Shown: positions 14,192 through 33,244 of the stretch, piece after piece
How positions within the stretch are numbered: the first letter of the stretch is position 1
Layout of the letters: each line of letters begins with the position of its first letter
From: Oculina patagonica
Lineage: Eukaryota
Direction: 5' to 3'
Assembly: GCF_052425735.1 (NCBI RefSeq)
Contig: NC_135758.1
Span: 36,332,001-36,396,000 of the forward strand
Length of the DNA: 64,000 nucleotides
Notes under the pieces: model-generated
What the model was told of the DNA's origin: nothing
What the model saw: only the letters and a program-made list of their open reading frames with translations
Databases searched by the model: none
Program-made: the position numbers and the translations under genes

Positions 14192-14640
14192 ACCCCGGGG
14201 GGGGGGGGGGTACTCCCATAAATTTCGGATTGGGGTGTGCCGCCAAGGTTCTTTAACCCTGACCCTATTTAAGGATAAAAAAAAGCGAAAATTGATACCC
14301 TTTTTAAGGCCCAAAACCGAAAAAAGACACCCTATTCAAGGGGAAGAGAAGCGTTCCGTGACGACCCAAATATCGCCTAACCGCGCACGACAAGACGCAA
14401 ATCTTTATAAAATCGCTTTTCTAATACCTGAACAGAAAATTCAGTTTTAAGTTTTTCGTTTAGCTGGGCGTTTATTTTAGCTAATAGAATTTAGGTACCC
14501 TATGTAAGGATCACACCAGGAACACATTGCCAAAAGGAGCAAAAATGATACCCTATTTAAGGACCGAGAACCTCAAAAACCATACCCTATCGGGCGGCAC
14601 ATACCTATATAGGCCACATATGGGAGTACCCCCCCCTGGA
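14192..14640. mobile_element. Second copy of the CCCGGG-terminated element
   Basis: Ends ccccggggg..gtactccc / gggagtacccccc. The subterminal aaaaccataccct..gcggcacatacctatata matches 10610-10650. Confidence 0.65.
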
Positions 14641-16156
14641 GGGCTACGAGGCGATACTGTCACGTTAGAGTCACGTTGGGGCACGGTGATTTGGTGGTCT
14701 TGCATTTGAACGACTTTTCTAAAATGATTTGAAATGATAGAATAACACAACAGAAATACTTGAAACGGAAAAATAACGGAAAAAGATTGGAACGAATGAG
14801 GCTACGTTTACACGGACACGGTTTCATTTGTAACCGCATCGAAAGCGTGCGGTTCCCTTTTTTTACCGGCCCTTGGCTTTCGGGGTTTTTAAAAACTCTT
14901 AGGGTTTTAAAATTTTTTTTATAAGAAAAAAAAAACTTATTTTTGGGGAGGAAAAAAAGGAAAAAAGTATAAAATTTTTTGTTAAAATACTGAATTGACG
15001 TAAACTTGATTACTAGCAAAGATAAAAGATTATTCTGTCCACAATGGAATCGCTTTGAGGTATTGATCGCGACGTCTCGACTGCTTTACAGCTAGTCTTC
15101 ATAGCAGTACAGCAGTCGAAACATCACGATCAACGCCTCAAAGCGATTCAATCGTGAGACAAAAGAATAAACGTTCATCTTTCCTATCTCACACCACGAT
15201 GAACAATAAACACATCTTTGATGACAACTTTATTGCTGTTGAAAATGAACAGAAATGTGTGTCAAAAATGTAGTTAACAATGTTCAGAAATCATATGAAG
15301 CTTATATCATGTCATAAACAAAAGTAAATGAACATCTCCACGAGTCATCAAATGTAGCAACGCGTCACCCCTTTGAAACTTCCCCGTGAAAGGCACTGTT
15401 CATTATATAAGGCACTAACTATATATAACTATATAACTATATAAGGCACTGTTCATTATATAAGGCACTAACTATAAATTTTGTAAATTTTAGTACTTTT
15501 TAACTAATATTTCAGTTTTTAAACTGATATACCTGATGTAATAGCTTTAGGAGTCTAGAGTCCACAATTAGTTTTCGTTTTAAGTGCTAATTACGCTCTT
15601 TTTTTATAAGAATGTCCATTTTTGGGCTAACGCTGAACATTCTTAGTTTTTCGACGATTTGAGGCTGTGAGATAATGCGGTACGTCTCCCTTAAACGCAT
15701 TAAGATTATACTTTAAGGTGGTGGAAATGTTGTTTTCTTGTTGGATTTGACAGAGGTTGATTCGTACTTGTCATTTTTCGCAAAACTGAAAGGTAAAAAA
15801 TAGTAATAAAGTTTTTACTCGGAAAATTTCAGCCTTGGGTACGTTCTTAGCTTGTTCTTACATTAGCCTTTCTCAGCCTTTATATTCTTGTTATTAAAAA
15901 GGTTGTAATTAAAAAGAGTGTCCTTAGACACTTCAACAAAGTTATTCCTTCATTCACTGTTTTGTTTGTAGCCTGCGCAGCTGGCGGGATTTCGCGCGCA
16001 AAGCACTCGATTGAAATCCCTCCACGCGCGAAATCCGGCCAGCCACGCAGGCCTTTTGGCGCGTAAATTTCTGAATTAGCTCGTCGCGTCGCTGGTTCTA
16101 CAGGTTCTTGTTTCTTGTCGTGTCTGGTCACGTACAGGCTGCAAAGTCAACAGCTC

Positions 16157-25039
<8,883 letters not shown>

Positions 25040-25202
25040 TTTACAAAATGTTATTTGTTCCACAGAAATCCCATGAGTAGGACGCCATCTTGTAAAGTAA
25101 CTCCGCTGGTCACTCTGATTGACACTTGTAAAAGAAGGCGATAGTTCCCAGGCTACCGCCAAGGCCCACCCCAGTGTCCGCAGACATAAGGGTACGGGGG
25201 GT

Positions 25203-25400
25203 ACGAGCTGCGCGGTTTTGAAGCCCTTGCAATTTTTCAGCAAGGCCCTTGTTACAGCTTCCCCACACTACGTTGCAATAATCAAATTGTGGTTGAATAA
25301 GGCTATTATAAACTAGGATTAAAATATTAAATTGAGTGAGATGCCGAATTTGTTTAATTGCACCAATGGCACAAGCTATCTTCTTAGAAATGTTTTCAAT
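25203..25400 (-). mobile_element. LINE (CR1/L2-group) reverse-transcriptase C-terminal fragment
   Basis: IENISKKIACAIGAIKQIRH...YNSLIQPQFDYCNVVWGSC..KLQGLQNRAAR is typical of the RT thumb region of this LINE group. Confidence 0.8.
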
Positions 25401-25550
25401 TAGAGGGCCAGAACTTGATTCTTTGACCGGAAAGCCAGAACTCATCAAATACTACCTGCTACAAGACAAGGAGGTCACAATACAAAACGAAAGGTACACA
25501 GTGTGTACAGGTGGCTACGTGTTGTTTCCATATCGAATGCATCGGACAAA

Positions 25551-25797
25551 TGTAACACTATGCCAATAACAGATCAAGTCCGCATACTTCACGTGCCAAA
25601 CGCAGTGAGGTTATATAACAACGCGGCAATTGTAACACAGTTAATGACGCATCAAGCCCCCATAATTCACGTGTAAACAAACACAGTGAGGTTATATAAC
25701 AACGCGAATGAATCGGGGAACAGTAACACTATGCCAATTACACCTCAAGTCCGCACAATTCACGTGTACACAAACAGTGACGGAGGTTATATAACAA
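25551..25797. repeat. Three ~85-bp tandem repeats
   Basis: Unit gtaacac..caag..c..ttcacgtg..aaac.cagtga.ggttatataacaa starts at ~25551, ~25631 and ~25722. Confidence 0.7.
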
Positions 25798-26649
25798 GAC
25801 ATACAACACCTACAATGCACATATGCAAGTAGCCAAAAAAGTGAGAAAAGTCGCCAGGAAGTTTTTCTTACAGCCCCTTTTCCCCTCCCATGGACTGAAA
25901 GAAAATCATGAATTTCAAAATGCAGCCTGAAAATTGATTGCTGTCCTTTAATTTATTGCACAACGAAAGCAGTCAGGGAGCCAAAAGTTAAAATCATCCA
26001 ATCCGAGTGCTCCATTGCACTCTCACAGCCTATTGTTAAACCGAATCGATTAGCGCGAATTAATTACTGGTATGCAAATAACTACACACGTGTGTAGCGA
26101 TATCTTTTCTTTCTTTTTCTTCTTTTATTGTGATATCTTTTCTTGATTTTATTCCATATGGTCAAAATCAGAAAATATCTTTGTCTTTATAATACAGGAA
26201 TTTGAAGTAATACAAGGAATTTGAAGTATTATTATTAAGAGAAATAAACCGTAACACGAATCTAAATCTAAATCGTAATCGTAATCGAAACGCGATTCTA
26301 AGGTATGTACTGCCATCAATGAAACCTTTAGTATCTACTTTTTTGAGTTTCCAAGAAAGAGTGCGTAAAATCATACTATCACCCAATTCAAGATATTCTA
26401 TCACGTTACATTACAAGGAACACTGAAAATCGCGAAATTAATTCAAGTTACATATATACGTAGTCGGCGAAAATAAAAGAATAGCAAAATATTGAAAAAG
26501 AAAGTTACACAAAGACACAAAAATGTGAAGAGATGTAACCAAAAAATAACATGAAAATTGACTCGAACGCAACATAATATCAGTTTCATTGAGGCTAATT
26601 AGCACGCATTAGAGTTCGGCGAATAATCTTCATCCTTTGGCCTTCGACC

Positions 26650-26970
26650 CTAATGAGAGCCAAGCGACTTTTCCAATCCAAACTCGTACCTGACATTTTG
26701 CAATTCAAGATGAGGAAGGGCAGCAAAATACTCGGCAGGCATTAGCATCACGCAGATACTATTTCTTCGTTGTTGCGTTAGATCGTTCATCGGTGCTGTA
26801 AAATTCTCTAGTCCCCTTATCGGCTTGTTGGTTGGTACGGACTGATTCAGTTTTTCAGCGGGTATTTTGTTGTGGTTTTCCGCTTGCTCTCCAAACTTTC
26901 TCTTTTGTTGAAGATACGGAGAAATTGACTGGGGAAGCAGAAGCCGCTTAGATTTTCCTTGTGGCTCCAT
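26650..26970 (-). CDS. Unknown 106-aa intronless protein (paralog 1 of RRNSIC-LMPAE family)
   Basis: First ATG at 26970 (MEPQGKSK...). Frame is conserved with paralog 2 across an in-frame indel. Upstream CArG, CCAAT and TATA-like motifs; AATAAA (minus strand) at ~26150 is conserved in the duplicate. Confidence 0.7.
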   Translation of the reverse strand: MEPQGKSKRLLLPQSISPYLQQKRKFGEQAENHNKIPAEKLNQSVPTNKPIRGLENFTAPMNDLTQQRRNSICVMLMPAEYFAALPHLELQNVRYEFGLEKSLGSH

Positions 26971-27133
26971 AGGATTGCAACGACTCGCCAGCAAGGAAGA
27001 ACTGGACTGCTTAGTATTGCACAATTTACGATGAAGAAGCGGACATGCAAAGAATCATATAATTGGCATCTTTGGAGCCAATAGGAGTTGGGAAAGACGA
27101 GATCTTGCGCAAGAGAGAACAGTGTAAACAGCA

Positions 27134-27170
27134 CCAAATAAGGCACCGTCCTGCGGTACAAATAACCAAT
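27134..27170. promoter_or_regulatory. CArG box (CCAAATAAGG) + CCAAT module upstream of paralog 1
   Basis: Exact CC(A/T)6GG at 27134-27143 and CCAAT at 27166-27170. The module recurs at 30813-30849 and 31077-31115. Confidence 0.55.
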
Positions 27171-27356
27171 CACAATCAACGGCTAATCATGCATGACTCA
27201 AAATGCAAACAATTCACAGTGCCTACTAGCCAAAACAGAAAAGTCCTATCGGAGGGCAACCATAACACAAAATCCCTTCATTTTGCTACCCTAACACAAA
27301 ACGCCTTATTTTGTTACACGCTTTAAAAGAGGTCAATCCAGGCATCCCACAGTGAT

Positions 27357-29245
27357 GTCAAGTGTTGCAAGGTCAAAGTTTCCCACGTGCGACGCGCGAG
27401 AGATCTGGGTGACGGCTTCTCTTACACGTGTATGTTTATGTAACAAGTGTCAATTATGTAACTGGAGTTCGGTAATATTAGATCGAAAGAAAAACTCACA
27501 CAGTTTTGTCAAGTGTCGGAATTCGAAGGTCAAAGTTTCCAACGTGTGACGCGCGAGAGATCTGGTGACGGCTTTTATTACACGTGTATGATTGTGTAAT
27601 GTCAATTATGAAACTAGAGATCGGGTAATATTAGATCGATAAAAAACTCTCACGGTGTTGTCAAGGGACGAAAGGTCAAAGTCCCGGGTCAAAGTTTCCC
27701 ATGTGCGACGCGTGAGAGATCTGGTGACCGCTTCTATTACACGTGTATGATTATGTAAGATGATTATGTAACAAATGTCAATAGGCCATTTCCGAGTTAC
27801 CCTTTGCCTCTGTTTCAAAACGAGTCTACGTGCGAAACTATTCAAATGAAAATGAGTTTGACTTGCATGAAAATGGGCCTGAAGGTGAAACTCATTTTCA
27901 TATAAATGGTTTCGCACGTAGACTCGCTTTGAGACAGAGGCAAAGGGTAACTCGGAAATGGCCTATTATGTAACTAGAGATCGGGTAATATTAGATCAGT
28001 AGAAATGCTCACACGGTGTTGTCAAGGGTCGGAAGGTCAAAGTTTCCCACGTGTGACACGCGATGGATCTGGTGACGGCTTTAGTTACACGTGTATGATT
28101 ATGTAAAACGATTATGTAACAAATGTCAATTATGTAACTAGAGATCGGGTAATATTGGGTTGATAGAAAAACTCACACGGTGTTGTCAAGTGTCTAAAGG
28201 TCGAGGTTTTCCACATGCGACGCGCGAGAGATCTGGTTACGGCTTGTATGATTATGTTCTGGTGATTATATAACAAATGTCAATAATGTAACTAGAGATC
28301 GGGTAATATTGGGTTGATAGAAAAACTCATACGGTGATGTCAAGTGTCTAAAGGTCGAAGTTTACCACATGCGACGCGCGAGAGATCTGGTGACCGCTTC
28401 TATTACACGTGTATGATTATGTAACAAATGACAATTATGTAACTAGAGATCAAACGGTGATGTCAAGTGTCTGAAGGTCAAAGTTTCCCACGTGCGACGC
28501 GCGAGGGATTCCATTACACGTGTATGATTATGTAAGACGATTATGCAATGTCAATTATGTAACTAGATCGGGTAATATTATATTAGATCGATAGAAAAAA
28601 ATTCACACTGTGGTGTCAAGTGTCTGAAGGTCAAGGTTTCCTTCGTGGGACGTGCGAAAATGGTATGACGGCTTCAATTACACGTGTATGATTATGTAAG
28701 ACGATTGTGTAACAAATGCCAATTATGTAACTGGAGTTCGGGTAATATTGGGTTGATAGAAAAACTCACACGGTGTTGTCAAGTGTCTGAAGGTCAAAGT
28801 TTCCCACGTGTGACGCGCGAGAGATCTGGTGACGGCTTTTATTACACGTGTATGATTATGTAAGACGATTGTGTAACAAATGCCAATTATGTAACTAGAG
28901 ATCGGGTAATATTGGGTTGATAGAAAAACTCACACGGTGTTGTCAAGTGTCTGAAGGTCAAAGTTTCCCACGTGCGACGCGCGAGAGATCTGGTGACGGC
29001 TTTTATTACACGTATATGATTATGTAAGATGATTATGTAATGTCAATTATGAAACTAGAGATCGGGTAATATTAGATCGATAGAAAAACTCACACTGTGT
29101 TGTCAAGGGTCGGAAGGTAAAAGTTTCCACGTGCGACACGCGAGGGATCTGGTGACGGCTTCTATTTCACGTGTATGATTATGTAAGGTGATTATGAGTG
29201 TCAATTATGTAACTAGAGATCGGGTAATATTAGATCGATAGAAAA
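27357..29245. repeat. Minisatellite, ~11 units of ~160 bp, rich in CACGTG and ATTATGTAA
   Basis: Unit gtcaagtgtctgaaggtcaaagtttcccacgtg.gacgcgcgagagatctggtgacggctt..attacacgtgtatgattatgtaa..caattatgtaactagagatcgggtaatatt; for example, 28779 to 28942 is 163 bp. Confidence 0.9.
27781..27966. mobile_element. Palindromic MITE inserted into one minisatellite unit
   Basis: ataggccatttccgagttaccctttgcctctg...cagaggcaaagggtaactcggaaatggcctat interrupts the unit motif tcaattatgtaac. A partial relative lies at ~5928-6000. Confidence 0.8.
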
Positions 29246-30344
29246 ACGATTTTGTTGGACTTGTTGAGTACAAACGCAATAATACTTGAGTACTGTACAA
29301 AGATTTTCTACAGACTGTCAACGAAGGAATAAAGAACTTTTATACAGTTCTCAGGTTGTGAGTGGAATTATTACGAATAGTCCGGCAACACTAAATGGAA
29401 AATCTCAAAAAATCATGCCTTGATCACCGATGGCCTTAAAACGCAATTTTGCTTCTGACTGCACACATGCCTTGCTCAACATTTCCAGCAAAAAGTTCCA
29501 AATTAATCTAACACATTAAAGTACTAAAAATTGTATAACAAGGGGACGCTCCCCATGCACACGGAGCAACAAAAAGTTGGAAATGTCGCTAGGAGTTTTT
29601 CCAACTGCCCCCTTCCCTGGATTGAAGGGAAAACAAATGAAAACGGAGCCTGAAACGTGATTACTGCCTAGTATGACAAAATACATGGCATTTCCAAGTA
29701 TCATAACAGGACTTACACTCTCACAACAGATTCGCTGAACTGCATAAATGAGTGCGCTTAACTTACCAGCTGGTATATCAAATTATTACGGAACATTTTT
29801 TTTCTTGATTTTATTACATATGGTCAAAGTGTGAAAAATTACATCACTGTGAAAATAATAAAAAAAAACTAAAGTATCGTCATTACAAGAAATAAACTGT
29901 TGGGCACCGATAAAGTAACGCCAATCTTAATCTTGAGTCGGTGAATTTGATTTTAACAAAATCGAATTGGGTTAATGTCGATACTGCCATCAATGAAACT
30001 TTCAGCATCAGCCTATTTACATTTCCAAGGAAAAACTACGTTAAAATGATAGTAACACACAAATCAAGAATTTCCATCACGGTACATTACAAGAAAAAAA
30101 ATCGTAGCGCTAAAATTCGCGATTAACTCAAATTCAAGTTACGAAATCGGCGAAAAATATATAAAAAAGTTACATCACTGTAAAGTTATCTTAGCTGTAC
30201 ACAAAGACACACAACAAAAATTGTAACAATATGAAGAGATTTCTCCGCAAAAAGCTTGAAAATTGACAGCGTAAAATCAGTTCCATTTGGATTTGTTAGC
30301 ACGCATTAGAGTTCTGCGAATAATCATCATTCTCTGTCTTTACC

Positions 30345-30671
30345 TTAATCAGTGTCAAGCGACTTTTCCAAACCAAACTCGTACCTGACATTTAACAATT
30401 CAAGATGAGGAAGGGCAGCAAAATACTCGGCAGGCATTAGCATCACGCAGATACTATTTCTTCGTTGTTGCTGTGGATCGTTCATCGATGATGTAACACT
30501 TTCGGGTCCCCTCATCGGCTTGTTGCTTGGTGGAGACTGATTCATCTTTTCAGCGGGTATTTTGTACTCTTTTCCTTCTTGCTTTCTGATCTTTTTCTTC
30601 CGTTGGAAATACGGAGAACTTGACAGAGGTGGAAGATAAAGTGGCCGTTTAGATTTCTCGTGTGGCTCCAT
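30345..30671 (-). CDS. Unknown 108-aa intronless protein (paralog 2 of RRNSIC-LMPAE family)
   Basis: First ATG at 30671 (MEPHEKSK...). The C-terminal QQRRNSICVMLMPAEYFAALPHLEL.NVRYEFGLEKSL is shared with paralog 1. The duplication extends through promoter and 3' flank (~26100-27180 vs ~29790-30855). Confidence 0.7.
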   Translation of the reverse strand: MEPHEKSKRPLYLPPLSSSPYFQRKKKIRKQEGKEYKIPAEKMNQSPPSNKPMRGPESVTSSMNDPQQQRRNSICVMLMPAEYFAALPHLELLNVRYEFGLEKSLDTD

Positions 30672-30812
30672 GGGCTTGCTACGGCAAGTGCGGTCGGCAA
30701 GGAAGAATGATTGCTCAGTACTGTACAATGTATGGTGAAAAATCGGGCGTTCAAAGAATTATATGAGCTGAAAAAGGAAGTTCTTACGCACGTCGAACAG
30801 TGAAAAATAACA

Positions 30813-31115
30813 CCAAATAAGGCACCGGCCTGCGCTACAAATAACCAATCACAACCTGTTCTTTTGATGTAAAGCGCATGCTTGCGTATAAACCATAATT
30901 TCATCGTATGTCAGTTATTACACCAACTTTGGGTAGTAGTGAAGCGTGAAGCAACTACAAAAAGTAAATATTTTAATATCGTTGTAAAAGACGACCCTTT
31001 GTGCAACAAAACAGAAAACTTAAAACATTCGAGGCTAAGGAAAACTGAGAACTTATACTCGTGGCGGAAGGCCAACCCAAATAAGGCACACTGTCCCGCG
31101 CTTCAAATAGCCAAT
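30813..31115. promoter_or_regulatory. Two CArG + CCAAT modules upstream of paralog 2
   Basis: CCAAATAAGG at 30813 and 31077; CCAAT at 30845 and 31111. Confidence 0.5.
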
Positions 31116-32034
31116 CACAAGCAGGTTGTTTTCTATGTCATGCGCAGGCATATATTTATCATGAGACTTCCATGAGACTGCAAGCTGTTCCTTTTAATCA
31201 GACGTGCGGGCGCAAACGCAAGCGAACAACTATGAGCCGAGCGAGAACTGGAGGAGAGAAGAAAAAAAGGACAATATTAGTTTATTTTTAACATGTAGGA
31301 TTATCTGAATACGTCTCTTACAGAAAAGGTTGCTATTTCTTTTTCTTTTCGCTTTGCTCGCCCGATCGTTGCGTTTTCTTGTTTTTGCCCGCTCGACTGA
31401 CTGAAAAGCTAAGGGACAGCTATCAGTCTAGTATGTTTTTTTAAATCACCATAAGCCTCCTGTTTTAAAGAAAATTCGTTTTTTTATGTGAAACAGCAAA
31501 ATAGGAATACTCGGAAATTGCACAGGGCGGCGGAGCAGGGGGGGTCAGGGAGGCGCTGTAGCCACGTTTTGGTGCCGAAATATTCCGTCTCGTGAGTGAG
31601 TTCAAACATCTTCGGAACTTCCTTGGAAGTCTTCGGGAAACTTCGTTTATCTTCGGAAAAGTTTGAAAAACGATCGGAAATGTTCGCATTGCCTTCGAAC
31701 AGCAATCGGAGAATCTTCAGAAATCTTCGGTCTAGAAACTGCTCAGAAAACAAAAAGTTGCTAGCACGGAAAAAAGTTGCTTCAAATATGAAAACTTGCC
31801 GAGTATTTTTGGGACAGTCTTAGCCCTCCACGTTCCGAAACGCCCCGCCGCCTAAACGTTGTAAGAAAAAAGCTAAAAAAACGTCACAGAAAGTGACCAA
31901 AAATCCTTAATTTACACACAATTGAAACAGCCCGCGAAATGCATTTGAATGAAACTGTACGCGTAAACATACCAGTTAATATTGTTAATGTTTTTCCCTT
32001 CGCACAGTAACAAGACTTGGTTGGCATGTTACGT

Positions 32035-33019
32035 TTAAATCAGATCTGTACCTGACAGCACACTCAGCAGCTCAAGATAAGGAATGGCTCGAAGATGCTC
32101 GGCGGGCATCAACGCCGCACAAATAGCATTTCTCCTATGCTTTGAACCAACAAGCCACCCTGTAGGACTTTCACTTTCACTGCCTGTCAACTCATCAGCG
32201 GAAATTTCCCCTCCGTTTGATTTAGCAATATCACAGCATTGTCTCTTTCGTAGAAAACGCGGTGACCATGATTTCTTCAAAGCACTTTCGTTTGGTGACT
32301 TCACTGATAAAAGGCCATCATCGCACACAACGATCTCTGGATTGCTGGGATGTTCAGAAGAACTTCCACTGAACTGTTTACTGGAGGAAATGTCCTCATG
32401 ACAGTTCCTCTTCCGTAGAAAACGCGGTGACCATGATTTCTTCAATCCATTTTCACTTGGTGACTCGGGTGGTGACTTCACCGTTAAAAGGCCATCATCG
32501 CACACAACGATCTCTGGATTGCTGGGATGTTCAGAAAAACTTCCACTGATCTGTTTACTGGAGGAAATTTCCTCATGACAGTTCCTCTTCCGTAGAAAAC
32601 GCGGTGACCATGATTTCTTCAATCCATTTTCACTTGGTGACTCGGGTGGTGACTTCACCGTTAAAAGGCCATCATCGCACACAACGATCTCTGGATTGCT
32701 GGGATATTCAGAAGAACTTCCACCGACTTGTTTACTCGAGAAAATTTCTTCATTGGCATTTCCTCTTCTGTAGAAAACGTGGTGACCATGATTTCTTCAA
32801 AGTATCTTTGCTAGGTGTCTCCACTTGTAAATAGCCATCGTCACATAGGACGATCTCTGGATTGCTGGGATGTTCGGAGGAGCATTCGCTAATGTCACTA
32901 GCCTGCTTGCTCTCTGCAAGTTCCTCCACATTTGATTCAGCATCGTCATGGTATTTCTCCTTTCGTGGGAAACGTGGTGACATTGATTTCGTCGAAGTAT
33001 TTTCGCTTCCTGGACCCAT
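32035..33019 (-). CDS. Unknown ~327-aa repeat protein (paralog 3, RRNAIC variant); +1 frameshift at ~32753 as assembled
   Basis: ORFs 32750-33019 and 32035-32682 join if one extra A is removed (tgccAatgaa vs tgtcatgag in the sister repeats). Contains 180-bp/60-aa repeats and ends HRRNAICAALMPAEHLRAIPYLELL. A CRE-TATA-Inr promoter lies upstream. Confidence 0.65.
32245..32990 (-). repeat. Coding tandem repeat, 180-bp period
   Basis: SEHPSNPEIVVCDDGLL.VKSP....LKKSWSPRFLRKR is repeated; the near-identical units at ~32399 and ~32579 are 180 bp apart. Confidence 0.85.
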
Positions 33020-33110
33020 TGGTAAAAGGCAGTTGTCACATAGGACGATCTCGATTGATCAAGAAATTTGCACGTTAAAAAAAAAAAAAACAGAGCGAAG
33101 GCAAAGTCGC

Positions 33111-33174
33111 AACTGATGACACTGAAAAGTTGTTGTTACTTTATATGTTGTTTTTGATTTTCACAATGACGTCA
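33111..33174 (-). promoter_or_regulatory. CRE - TATA box - initiator core promoter for paralog 3
   Basis: TGACGTCA at 33167-33174, TATAAA at 33145-33140 and TCAGTT at 33116-33111. The Inr A at 33114 places the TATA box at -31. Confidence 0.65.
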
Positions 33175-33244
33175 CTTGTCTTTCGAAAACCAATCGATTT
33201 CCTCGACCATAATCCCTCTGGTATTAAAAAATAAAGAAAAAGCG

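Noticed and set aside
14850-14990. Homopolymer-rich tract as a functional low-complexity element
   Set aside because: It looks like locally poor consensus sequence. It is also a reason to distrust single-base frameshifts elsewhere in the window.
120-16131. Numerous 60-130 aa ORFs in the first 16 kb
   Set aside because: Most overlap SINEs or MITEs, or lack motifs and splice support, and are consistent with chance.
26971-27024. TTG/GTG starts given by the ORF track for paralogs 1 and 2, the GluN-like gene and KLHL20
   Set aside because: These are prokaryotic-style alternative starts; the first in-frame ATG was used instead.
27357-29245. Array as a CRISPR locus
   Set aside because: Whole ~160-bp units repeat with no unique spacers, there are no cas genes, and the context is eukaryotic.
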